From Zygnema circumcarinatum SAG 698-1b (lineage: Eukaryota > Plantae > Zygnematophyceae): a stretch of DNA of 64,000 nt. The notes beneath the pieces were generated by a model. That model had not been told where the DNA came from. It saw only the letters and a program-made list of their open reading frames with translations, and ran no database searches. Below are positions 1-11,200 of this stretch, piece by piece. Both the position numbers and the translations under genes were made by a program. How positions within the stretch are numbered: position 1 is the first letter of the stretch; each line of letters starts with the position of its first letter. The DNA lies in assembly GCA_037447605.1 (NCBI GenBank), contig CM074819.1, forward strand, positions 2,221,580 through 2,285,579, in the 5' to 3' direction.

Positions 1-480
1 CCTCCTTCCTCCTCTCGCTGCCTCCTTGAAGCGTTGTTGAGCCTAGAGCCTAGGCGTAGCTTAGCTTTATTCTATTATCCTTAGGTCCTTTGCGACCAGT
101 TCCTCGTGGTTCCCCACGCTGATTTTGTCAATGTACATCTGATAGCATCGCCATCGTGAGATCAATGTTACATCTTTTGCTTTTTTAAATTGAAAATGGA
201 TATGGAGTCCTCACAACCAGGGCTTTCTGAATATCAAAGGTGACCTTAATCGGAGCATGTTTGGTACAAACTTATGTAAAGTGCCAAAAAGGAAAGTTCT
301 ACCTTGTATGGGTAAACCCGGTGTTAATGCAACAAGCTTTGACAAAATATCAATACATTCATTAAGCATTCGACAAAAAAGTGCCAAGTTTATACGAGAG
401 CACTCTAATCGACCTCTCCGACTTGATAAATTTTTCCCCACACATGATAGGTAGTGAGCCAATCACAGCTCATCATCACC

Positions 481-1717
481 TCATTGCAGGTACAAAAACT
501 TTTGTAGCGATTGAAGAAGGCTTGGCGGCCAATGCCTCGTTTCTGAAACCCATTCTAAATTAGTATACCGCTTGTCGAGCAATGTGGCGAGCGTGAATTG
601 CTGCTCAGCAGGCCTCAAGGCGTGCTTGTCCGTGTACAGGGCTGCGGCCAATGCAGCATGAACCTCTGCAGGAGACGAACGAGAACCTCGACATCATTCT
701 GGTTGTGGAGTCAACCTTACACACATGACATGCTTCCTCTCGTCAAATGGCATAAGAACTGCACTGCCAATATGAGATGTCAAAGCATGAATGTGATAAA
801 CAACCGCCTTCGATGCTGGTGAAACTTGAACTTATCTGCTCACCTGGATAACCCTTCAAGTCAAGGCTCATGTCCTCCATCTCGAGGATTGCCTGTGTCC
901 GGTCTCCGACCTCATAGAGCATCACTGCTCGGCCCACGCGAGCATATGCGGCAAGAGCGAGGTCCCCATTCTGTTCGACTACCTGAAAGGGAGGGAGGAG
1001 GAGGGAAAGGAGAGAGTGCGTTTGCTTAATGTAGTCCCTTGAAGAAAGCATCGCCCTGCTCTCCTCTCCTGTTCTTTCTCCTGAGCATAACATTCGCATC
1101 TGTAATCTATTCACCATAATCACCACCATAATCTTCAAGTAAACTTACTCCTTTTTCCATTATAGAAGCCTGTAAAATTATTTCAGCTCAGGTACCTGAG
1201 AGAAGAGATCCAACGCTTGAGCATATTTCCCTTCTGCTTGCGCTTCCTTCCCTCTCTCCAACGTTTCAATAGCCCTTGAAACTCTTGATGCGAACGCTTC
1301 ACTGTACGCCCTCTCATCCTCTGAAACCGGATCATATGCATATGCTCTCCTGACAACTTCTGCCCTTTCTCGCATTTCTCCAAACGCAGGAGCTGCAGAA
1401 GAAGCTAACAATGCTGCTCCCACGCAGAGAATAAGAAAGGCAGGTTTTACAGGGCCCTGAGAATCCTCTGAATGCCAACGAGCAGAAGGTACTCGTACTG
1501 AACTTCCAGGCACATTGCTGGCAAGGCAGCCTTTCCCTAAATGCTGCACTCCTGCAGAGAAGAGATTTTTTCTACTGTTTGACAACGGCATGTTTGCTTC
1601 GCGATGTCTAAATTGCAAGGAGGAGCTCATGTTAGGGTGGAGTAAGAGCTTCTTGCTGTGACTAAGTGAAAGAGGCTGGAGTGGTTTCGAGCTTGATATG
1701 GCTGACATTGTTGCCAT
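481..1717 (-). CDS. Plastid/thylakoid-targeted TPR-like protein (resembles Arabidopsis At3g05625-type proteins)
   Basis: Exons 1717-1196, 982-844 and 665-481 have GT-AG borders and total 846 nt, in frame. Ser-rich transit peptide, hydrophobic segment ending AAPAFG, then YARVGRAVMLYEVGDRTQAILEMEDMSLDLKGYPEVHAALAAALYTDKHA...TLLDKRY...HWPPSL, matching my recollection of a conserved plant TPR family. Confidence 0.85.
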
Positions 1718-2282
1718 ACTGCGAAGCAGAAAGAGGTGGAGAGAACGGTCAAGCCGACTGCAGGGCCTGCTTCAAAGCAGTCTCTCGTCCTCTCTAGACA
1801 GCATTTAAAAAAAAATAATAACAAAAAAAATCGAGAGCTGCAGGATAATTTCAATAGAATTGCACGCCAGCGAGATATCACATTTGAGCTCAAAAAATAA
1901 ATAAATTAAGCAACCAGCAGAAGAACTTGGTGAGCCCCTTGCAGGGGCAGAGCACAGGCCTGCAAATTGCAGGAGCTGGTCACAAGTGTTCTCAACATAG
2001 ATCGGCAGTTTGCTGTTAAACGTCCATGTGCATGGATCGGCATTTTCCTGTTATTATTTCTAGCAGGACGCGAATTTCGAGCATGGATTCTACTGAACTT
2101 TATTGCTAGCATGGAACTGTTCATCCGTAAATTTCCAGCGATAGAAAGTTTTTATACTTTACCGTAGCCAATGACAACGCGTCGGGCAGGTAAAATATAT
2201 TTTTTCCCTCTGCCCGTTTTCCTGGCAGCCATTGCCCCTCTCCTCCCCGCCTGCAGCGGCGGAGGGCGGGGCCGCCTCCGCC

Positions 2283-2378
2283 ATGCCACGTGTCAGCACG
2301 GCCGCATCTCCCGGCTGCCCTCCCCTGCGAGTGCTCACGGGAGACGAGCTCGGCCTCATTAAAGGTGAGAGAGAGGGA

Positions 2379-2409
<31 letters not shown>

Positions 2410-5400
2410 TGAGAGTGAGGGAGAGAGAAAGGGAGAGAGATAGAGTGAGAGAGAGAGAGTGAGGAAGAGAGAGAGTGAGGGGGAGAGAGAGAGTGCGAGA
2501 GAGAGTGAGAGAGTGCGCGAGAGAAAGAGTGAGAGAGAGAGAGAGAGGGAGAGGCAGAGGGAGCTCAGGCTGGGAGGGAGCTAAAGTCGTGGTTTGCTGA
2601 ATTGACTGCTAAAACCCTAACGCTTGGTATCGAGAATTTAATTTGGCTTATAATCCAAACCTTTTGAATCGCTGAAAAGTTCTCAAAACCTCATGTTTTT
2701 GTCAGAATGGAGGAAGATGACAGCTGTCAGCTGTCAGCCATGCTGAGGTTTTCAAAACCCTAATTGCTTCTTAAGGAATGTTTTTTCTGGCTCCTTAAGT
2801 TTTCTATGCAGTTCTCCGTGGTGCGACGGATGCAAAGGGCATGATTTTGCATAATGCATTTCTCTAGCTCCAGTTGCATCCTCGTGTTCTAGAGTTTGGC
2901 CGACAGCAGGCTTCAATTGTCATCAGAGCTAAGCGTAAAGAATTGTGCACTGTTTAGAGGGGTTCAAATCGCCCCATTTGTCTTCTTTTTCTCTCATTAC
3001 CTCCTTTAACTCCTTTCTCCTCCTCCCTCTCTCTCTCTCAAACTCACTCTCACACAAACTATCGTACTCTCTCCTCTGTCTCTCGCATTGAGTCTCCCTC
3101 CCTTCTCCCTCACTCTGTCTCTTTCACTAACTCGCCCTCTCTCATCTCTCCCTCTCTCTAGCTCTCACTTTTTCTCCCTCCCTCTTTTCTCCCACTGTCC
3201 CCCACTGTCTCTCTCTCTCCCCTCTCTTCCCCTCTCTTCTCTCTCACTGTCTCTCCCTCTCCCTCTCCCTCTCTCTCACACACACAAACTGTCTCTCCCA
3301 CTCTATCAATCTCTCGCTCTCTCTCTTCCCCCCCCCCTCTCTCCTCCCCCTCTCTCTCGTTCCGCTCTCTCAGTATAAGGATTTTCGCTTATGCCTCATG
3401 AAGCTGGACCACGTGGGGCCTTGCAGTGGTGGAGGTGCAAACCAACGGCTCATCCCTTCAGCAGTCGGCGAAATGGGGCGAACCCGAGCGCAGGAGAAGC
3501 ATTCAGAGCATGAGCATATCTGATGGGGCAAGCCCTGTAAGTAATGCAGGCCCTGCCATCTGTTTCATATAAAAAAGCCGGGATTTTGGGTTTAACAGGC
3601 ATGATACATACCCAAAGCCAAAGCTTGGCTGTGGTGGTTCTTGTTTAAGGTGTATTGAATTTCTCAAAACCAACGAGATAGGGTAATGAAAAAGTTTAAT
3701 AGAATTTTGCTTCATTCCACGAAGGACGTTGGATTGTACCACTTCCTACCACTTGACGTGTGTTGACTATGTGGATAGAAACACACTCTTGCGAATTACA
3801 TGTCTCACTGAAACCGGCGAGTTTATGCGCTCAAGCTTTGAAGTCTTGTAGACTCGTGAACCAACTTCTCTGTTTATCGTCAATGTAGGAAAGCGCAGAT
3901 TGTGGTTTAGGGTTCAGATTATAAAAGTTCGCGGGTTGTGGTGCAGATCTTAGCGGCAGCGAGGAGAGATGGCACGGTGAGTGAATGAAGTGGTGGCTCA
4001 GCTTCGTTGTTTCCCGCAAACGCGAAAGGTTCATGAATGTTGAAGATTTTTTGCACCGCTTGTGAAATTTAACAGTAAGCTTCAATTGTAACCAAACAAA
4101 GGAAAGCTGTTCCCGAATTGGGTGGAGATTTAAACTGCATGAAAGTGACATATCTCTTCTTAGATTGGTTGCAGGTTGACTTGCTCGATCCTTCAACGGG
4201 AGAAGCTCTCCTGCACTTTAATGCTCATGAAGGAACAGCAGCTGCCAAAGGGAGTTCAGCTGCTATTGCTGCACGGCAAGAAGGGGCCACCGTTTGCGGA
4301 CTGCAAACATTTCAAGCGTCTGAGTCGAGGTAAAGAGTAGATCATATCGTTCCTTTTTGCAAGTTATGAATAATGAGGGCTCAAATAAGTTGCCCGTAAA
4401 GTATTTCTAGCACTGCAGTCTTGAAAAAAAGTGCCTAATTACAGACTGTTTTTATAGTTTTTGTTTGCCTTGAAACTTCCAGTCTTTTTCTCCTCTCGTG
4501 TCACTCACCTCTCTCTGTGAGATGAAACTCAGTCTGCCTCATCATCTCCCTTTTCCCTTTCGGTCGCTCTCACCTCTCCCATCTTGCCCACTCTCCCTCG
4601 CCTCTATCCTTGCCTCCCTGTGTTTCCTTTATCTGACACACGCACTCTTTTTCTGCCCCTGTCCCTCCCTGCCCCCCCACCGTCTCTCTCTCCCCTCACA
4701 GATTGTCATTAGTCACATGCACAGAAGCAGGAGCAATCTGTGTGCGCCACGTGGACAGCAATGCGACCCAACTTGCATCAGATGGAAGCCAATCCTCTGT
4801 AGGGCAGACCCCCCCCATTGTTGCAGAATGGGGAGTTCTGAAGTCAACCAATAGCATCGTCACATGTATGCAAATGGACGGACTGCAGAAAGCCCTTGCA
4901 GTGGGAGGGTGAGTGAACGTGCCTTTTGGAGCCCCCCCCATGTCACAAGGACTCAGCGTGAAGCAAGCAGTCTTTCATCAGTCTTTCATCAGTCATTCAT
5001 CTGTCATTCATCAGTCTTTCATCAGTCTTTCATCAGTCTTTCATCAGTCTTTGATCAGTCATTCATCAGTCTTTCATCAGTCGTTCATCAGTCTTTCATC
5101 AGTCTTTCATCAGTCTTTCATCAGTCTTTCATCAGTCTTTCATCAGTCTTTCATCAGTCTTTCATCAGTCTTTCATCAGTCTTTCATCAGTCTTTCATCA
5201 GTCTTTCATCAGTCTTTCATCAGTCTGCTTTTGTTCATCACTACTGCTATCTAAGAGTGGCTTTAAGCATTCCCTTACTACATTTGCTTGGGTAATGGCA
5301 GGAAGGGTGCGGAGCTGAGCACGTGGGATTTGGAGACTAAAACGCAGCAATGGGCAGCTAAAGCTGTAAGCATCTCCCTGCACTCACTGCAAACTTCTTA

Positions 5401-7695
5401 AATTGAGGAGTGCCTGTCTGTGCCAAGAGGTGCAGTGTTTCTCTCCTCCCGCATAAAGGAGTAAGGGGGCAATGTTGTGGTTTGACTTGTTGCAGCCAAA
5501 ACCGGACAACTTAGGATTGCTCCCTCCGCCATGGGTGACAGCAGTGACCTTCATGAGCAGACAGGATTCAAGAAGGGTGGCTATAGGCACAGGGCGGCAT
5601 TCAATCCGATTGTACGATGTGGCAGCACAGAGACGGCCAGTCATGATGATTAATTTTGGGGAGTCTCCAATTAAGTCTATAGCAGCTGGCGAGGATGAGA
5701 ACCTTATATATGTTGGCAACGGTGTAGGAGAGCTTGCAGAGTTTGACTTTCGGATAGGTGAGCGGTACAAGACCTGGTTGTGCGATGTTGCTTGTCACTG
5801 GATGATGTATGCCCCATCTATAATCGGCCCATTTTCTGTAAGTCGTATGTTCTATGATCAGTGTGACTGTACTGTTGCTGGCCTTGTTTTGGGTTTGGAA
5901 TCCTAAAAACCCTAAAACCCTAAAACCCTAACAACCCTAACAACCCTTAAACCCTAACAACCCTAACAACCCTAAAACCCTAACAACCCTAAAACCCTAA
6001 CAACCCTAACAACCCTAACAACTCTAACAGCCCTAAAAACCCTAAAAACCCTAAAAACTCTAAAACCTTAAAATCTCTACGTAGTTGTTCCGCCCTGATG
6101 CAAGGGCGAGCCATGGTGGGTTGGGGAACAATGGTATCAGGGAAGCTGGTCGGAGCATTCAAAGGAGCGCAGGCAGGGAGTGTTCGAAGCATGGCGAAGC
6201 ATCCCTCTCAGCCTCTGCTGGCCTCCTGCGGTGTGCACCTACCTCCCTTTCAATTTGACTTTTTGACAGGAAAGCAGGGAAGTTTTGGGAAGGAGGAGCC
6301 GCTTAGGGGCTCTGAGGGTCTAGGGTTTATCACAGCATGCATTTATGCAGGGTTTAGTGGTGAAATGTAGACGTCCATCAGTGCTTAGGAAGACCTGGTA
6401 AAGGAATTCTATTTGTAAGTTTGAGAATCTGGCGCTGAGATTTGAGCTTACTGTCTTTGCATTTCATCACTGAGCAATCGAGCAATTGGTATAGGGTTAA
6501 GAAGCCAAGGCACTGCGGTCATTTTTTTTTTTTTTTTTTCCAGAGATGCATTGTACGTGGCATGCATGATTTCAGGCAGGCAGCTTGCTGTTCAGTTTGC
6601 TCAACCCGGAACGTGTAATGCATGGATGCTTAAAGTCTTCATTCCCTTGATCTGACTTGAATTTTGTCAATGTTGAGCAGGTCTGGACAGATTCCTGCGG
6701 ATTCACAACACCTCCACACGCACGCTCCTTGGAAAGGTTTGCAGTGCCTTTTCAGGAATATCAAAATCAATCAAGATCTATTCAATAGATGCTTTGCGAG
6801 GGAAGGGGCAAGGGGCCTCTCCCTTTCCCTCTCCTTCTCACTCTCAACTTCCCCCTTCCCTCTCCTTCTTTGCATCTGCTTCTCTCTCTCCTCCTCCTTC
6901 ACTATCTTCCATATTTAGGCCGAACATCGACCAGGATGAAGCCCCCTTCTTCCCTGAACGCATTTGAAACTTGGTGCCTTTGTGCTACTGTAAAGACATT
7001 ATTAGATGCTTTAATTTGGTGCACTCACATTCGATTTATCCGCTTGCTCCCTTTTGACTTTCATCTAACCACTATGGAAGATGGACTGTTCGGCTGCTTT
7101 GGGTTTTCAGGTTTTCTTGAAGCAGCCATTGATGGCAGTCTTATTCAACGACTCAGCTGCTGACAAACAAACATCAGCTACTGGTAACTTGTCTCGTTGC
7201 CCTGTTCCCCCCATTCCTTTCCTTCACTCTCTTCTCTCCGGTCCCCTCCTCTCCTCCTATTCTTTCCCATCACACTCTATCCCTCCATTCCTACCGCTTG
7301 TCCATTCATTCATTGTCCCTCTCTATCAAGTCATGTAATATCTCCGTTAAGCTACAGAGGATCCTTTTGCTGTTGACTACGCAGATAAACCGGAGGGAAT
7401 GGAGGAAGAGCAGCTTGCTTTAGAAGCAGAAAACGAGAGAGGAAATGGGGGAGAGGTAGGGGGCGAGGTAGGGGTAGACAGAGAGGCAGAGGAAAAGCGA
7501 GTGGGAGACAGAAAGCGAAAGAAAAGGAAAGGTAAGAAGGATGCATTGCTGAATGGAGATGTGGAGATTCACGTGAAGAGCCATGTTACAGCGGATGAGG
7601 AAGGCCAGAGTGAACCTGACGTCGTCAAGAAGAAGAAGAAGAGGAAGAAGAAGAAAGAAGATGGGAGAAGTCTGAACAGCGAGACTTCAAAATAG
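2283..7695 (+). CDS. WDR74: WD40 60S ribosome biogenesis protein WDR74/Nsa1
   Basis: Exon 1 (2283-2364) encodes MPRVSTAASPGCPPLRVLTGDELGLIK. Further exons: 3427-3536, about 4175-4329, about 4702-4909, about 5301-5364, about 5495-5757 (PKPDNLGLLPPPWVTAVTF...IRLYDVAAQRRPV), about 6141-6230 (GSVRSMAKHP), about 6682-6736 (GLDRFLRIH), about 7111-7183 (VFLKQPL) and a last Lys-rich exon ending 7695. One small exon may be unplaced. Confidence 0.9.
2365..2552. repeat. (GA)n-rich microsatellite in WDR74 intron 1
   Basis: Run of gagagaga/gagagtga directly after the GT donor. A CT-rich counterpart lies at about 3010-3372. Similar GA/CT/GGAG tracts occur in many introns, e.g. 19980-20128, 33000-33160, 48268-48404. 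Confidence 0.95.
4968..5226. repeat. 11-bp tandem minisatellite (TTTCATCAGTC)n, about 23 copies, intronic
   Basis: Head-to-tail units with no spacers; a few variant units near the 5' end. Confidence 0.95.
5902..6070. repeat. Interstitial telomere-like array (CCCTAAAA / CCCTAACAA units) in a WDR74 intron
   Basis: About 19 units such as ccctaaaa, ccctaacaa and ccctaaaaa, degenerating at the 3' end. Confidence 0.9.
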
Positions 7696-8256
7696 GGTTC
7701 AGAACATCCATGACAAAAGAGAATTTTGAAAATAAAAAATCGTTTTATCCAAGCGATGTTTTGAGGTACCTACTTTCGAATGATGGGTGCCTGATATCGA
7801 TGGTTTTGGATGCTGACTTCAAGCTGAAGCCACCAAATTTACATCCACATTTATTTTGTATTCTGTGCTGCCCTCCACTCTATTGTGAAGTAAACTAAAC
7901 ATGACAAATTGTAGCAAACCCTAAATCCCTAAATAATTTATAAACCTTAAACCCTCAAAGCCGCTGCCTACAGAAAATCGCCATTATTGCCTAAGCATCC
8001 TGAGAGACCTGCGCCTTTGGCACTTGCACTAATAGTTAACTAATCTTAGCTGACTTTGGTCAGCTTGATCTAAGCAACCGGTCGACTCGTAATTACAGTG
8101 AAATGTGTGAATGTAAACTTATTGAAATGGAGAGCTCAGCCTTAATAAGTTTCATGCGTATGAAATGCGAATTCTGCACTGGTTTCCCCTCAAATCAGTA
8201 GCAAACCGGAAGCAAAAGTTACGCTTTCATAAGAATGGAAGCGGAAATACCACTGC

Positions 8257-11200
8257 TCAAGTCCCCCCGTCAAAGGTAGACACTCTTCTTGCAGCCCACT
8301 CCGCTGGGCGGACGGAGGGAGGCTCCGACCTCGCCCTCTGCACTCGCCCAGCCGGCGCACTCCCTCCCTCTCCTTCCTCTACGCTCAGATCGATAATGCT
8401 ATGCTCTCCCTCTCGCTTAGGAGTTACCCCTCCCGTCTTCCAAGGCTCGGAGAATGGAGAGGACAGAACAGCCGCTTTCTCCTGATCAAGGCAATGGCTG
8501 CCTGAATCTCTCGACCATGGGGAGACGTTGGGGAGAGAGACGGCCTCTGGTCTAACGGAACTGCGGCTGCGAACGCTGAAACTGCGCGAAAGGGGTCTAT
8601 TGGACTGCAGACTTCTCAGCCGGTTCTCTGCGAGCTGCAGCTCTGAAATGCTTGTGGAGAATTGGGGGGAGGGGACACTCCCGTCACCTTCTAAAGGAGA
8701 TGGAGAGGGCGGAATGGACCCTTCTTGAAACTTGAGTTGGGAGAGCTGCTCTGCTGCTAAAGCTGAGGGGAGTGGAGTCTGAGGTGCTGGGTTATGCCAA
8801 AAGAGGTTGGATTTTCCAGAGAGCCACTTTGCCACTGTATCTTCGGGTGCTCCGCTTGCTTTAGCTTCTCCTGCAGAGCGGCGGACTGACGAGGTGGAGA
8901 CTTTGTAAGGAGCAGAAGTCTGCTGCAGAGGGTTGTCCACCAATGAGATGTCTGCTGAATGTCGTACAGGGCTGCCCAAGGAAAGGGGACGGAACTGCTC
9001 AGGTGAGGAATCCCGTGTAGGGGTCCTCAACTCTGCCAATATAGGAGCTACACTTTGATATGAAGAGTGTCTCTCCTGTGCAGAAGGGTCCTCCAGACCA
9101 GCAATAGAATCCACCCCACCAAGGGGTGATGCCTTGCCGGGAGTTACGAGTTCAAGCAGAATATCTGAAGCAGAACTGTTGGAGTATTCTGATAACTGTT
9201 GTTCAGTGTTGATGCCTTCTCTTCCAGATGAACTGGGAGCTGATATGGAGATGCAAGGGATGCGTTCTGAACTGTTTGCGAGCCCTACAGGAGCAACATT
9301 GGCGAGTGACTGCTCGCTGACTGAGCCGCTCATTTCCGTGAACTCTCCCACCCGGTTCAATGTGGAGCCAACCAGAGAAAGTCGTTCGTTCGGAGAAGCT
9401 GTAGGATTGTCTTCGTCAGAATTGGAGAAGCCTTGCTCTGAAGATTGGGAAACAGTTTGATGCGCTGCCTTATACGACTTCTGAGGGACTGTTTGGAAGA
9501 TAGATGCGTGAATGGGATAGTGTGATGCACTAGCTGCCGGCGTTGGCATTGAAAAAGACAAGCTGGACTCCCTCGAGCTTTGCGATGATCCTCCTGAAAC
9601 ATCGCTCACCACTTGCTCTGCAAAATTCCCCCCTCTGAACACATTTCAACGACTAATTCTGTTTTGATGTAGTGATGCTTTCTATACGCACCCCCCTCGC
9701 CTCATCAATCTCTCAACGCAACTCGAAGATTTGAGCATGTGTGCAGAGTGAAAGTGAGACACTCTTTATACGTGAAATCCTTCTTCTTTTGAGCGTTTTG
9801 AAACTACTTTGAAACTACTTTCTCATCCTCTATTTTGCACATACCTCCACTTCTGGTGAGGTGCCGTGAGATGCGCCGGCTTCCTGTGAAGACAATGATG
9901 GGTTCATCGGGTTCATGGAGCCATGGCACAACATCCGGCAGCACCATATCCCTCTGGTCATGCACTCTATGAAGGCCCCCCCTGAAGCGGCCGCGAAAGA
10001 AGCCCATACAGCAGTTGATGCGTGCTCCCCGCTCGTGGGGAAGAGGAAGCATCTGCTTTTCAGTTTCACTAGCGGTCCGTCGTTCTGTTAGAGTTTGATG
10101 ATGAAGACGTTCAGCGATGTTAGAAACTATAAGCAAAGCATGAATATAGCATTGATATGATATGATCTTGATATGTTTGAGTCAAGGCATAGGAACATGC
10201 TGGTATGCGGCATATGTGTACGGTGGGATTGTGTCGATGGTATCTGAATGAATGTGAATATGTTTCACCAAAGACGTGACAAGGCAGCAATGTTGAGCTT
10301 TAACCGGAAAGGGTCATGGGAACCAAACGCTGCGAAAATTTTGTTGCTGTGGAGGTGGAAAGAGATGCACTTACCTCTATGAAGTTTCCAAAAGAAGATC
10401 AATACGCAAACCGCCAGTGATAGGAAGGCTATCAAAGTGACCAGCAGGATTATTGCCATCACTAGCCATCCCTTCCTTTCTAAAAATGATTTCCTTTGCG
10501 GCAGAGGTGGGGGGCTGCTAAAATCCGTCAGTGTGCCGATCACTGCTTCATTTGAAAGAAGAATGCGTGTGAGATCTCCATAGAATGTGTCCTGTGAAAA
10601 GTTACAAGGAGAAGCCATTGAGCATGTTCCCGCTGCCATCTGAGCTAACCTTGCCGCCCACAGACCCTGTGCTACAGCTGCCACTGCAAATACCTTTCCC
10701 AGAAATTGGATTCCGGTGAGGTTGGCGGCTTCCTCTCTGTTATCTAATGGAGAAGAAAGTTGAGAGTTCACCAAGGATATGGCCCCTGCAGCTACATGCA
10801 AAATCTCCTGCATCCTTTTGTCTGCCGTGGTTGCAGCAGAAGCAGGTGGTCCAGCAAGTCTAAAGGAGGAATTGTTGGTAGGGTTTTGGGAGAAGGGCGG
10901 ACTGCGAGATAGATTTGACTGCACTGGAGGTGGAGAAGTAGAAGGGAGAGACTGGCAATAACCTCGCGATGCATTGAGGAGGCAGGAGGCTTGGGAGAGA
11001 ATTGACTCGATGATAGCTGTATCACCCAAGTCCACTTTGGTTGGAGATAGCTGGGCATTGACATCGAAGGCTGCCCACATTGCCGACCCAATTGCTGAAT
11101 ACATTGACTCTGTTGCAGACAGTGTCTGATTCTCATCCTCTACTCCAAAGAGAGCTGCTCCCATGGAAGCTGTATTTTGGACACGAACCTGCTCAACAAT

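Noticed and set aside
2232-3378. ERERER and LSLSLS ORFs (also near 19.7-20.4, 32.7-33.3, 46.3-46.8, 48.2-48.5 and 63.7-64.0 kb)
   Set aside because: These are GA/CT/GGAG microsatellite translations. Only the 2283-2364 part is a real exon.
4864-5295. ORFs with SVFHQSFISLS repeats; possible CRISPR array
   Set aside because: They are translations of an intronic 11-bp tandem repeat. There are no unique spacers and no cas genes, and the context is eukaryotic.
5902-6070. A true chromosome end
   Set aside because: The array is short, degenerate and inside an intron of an intact gene.
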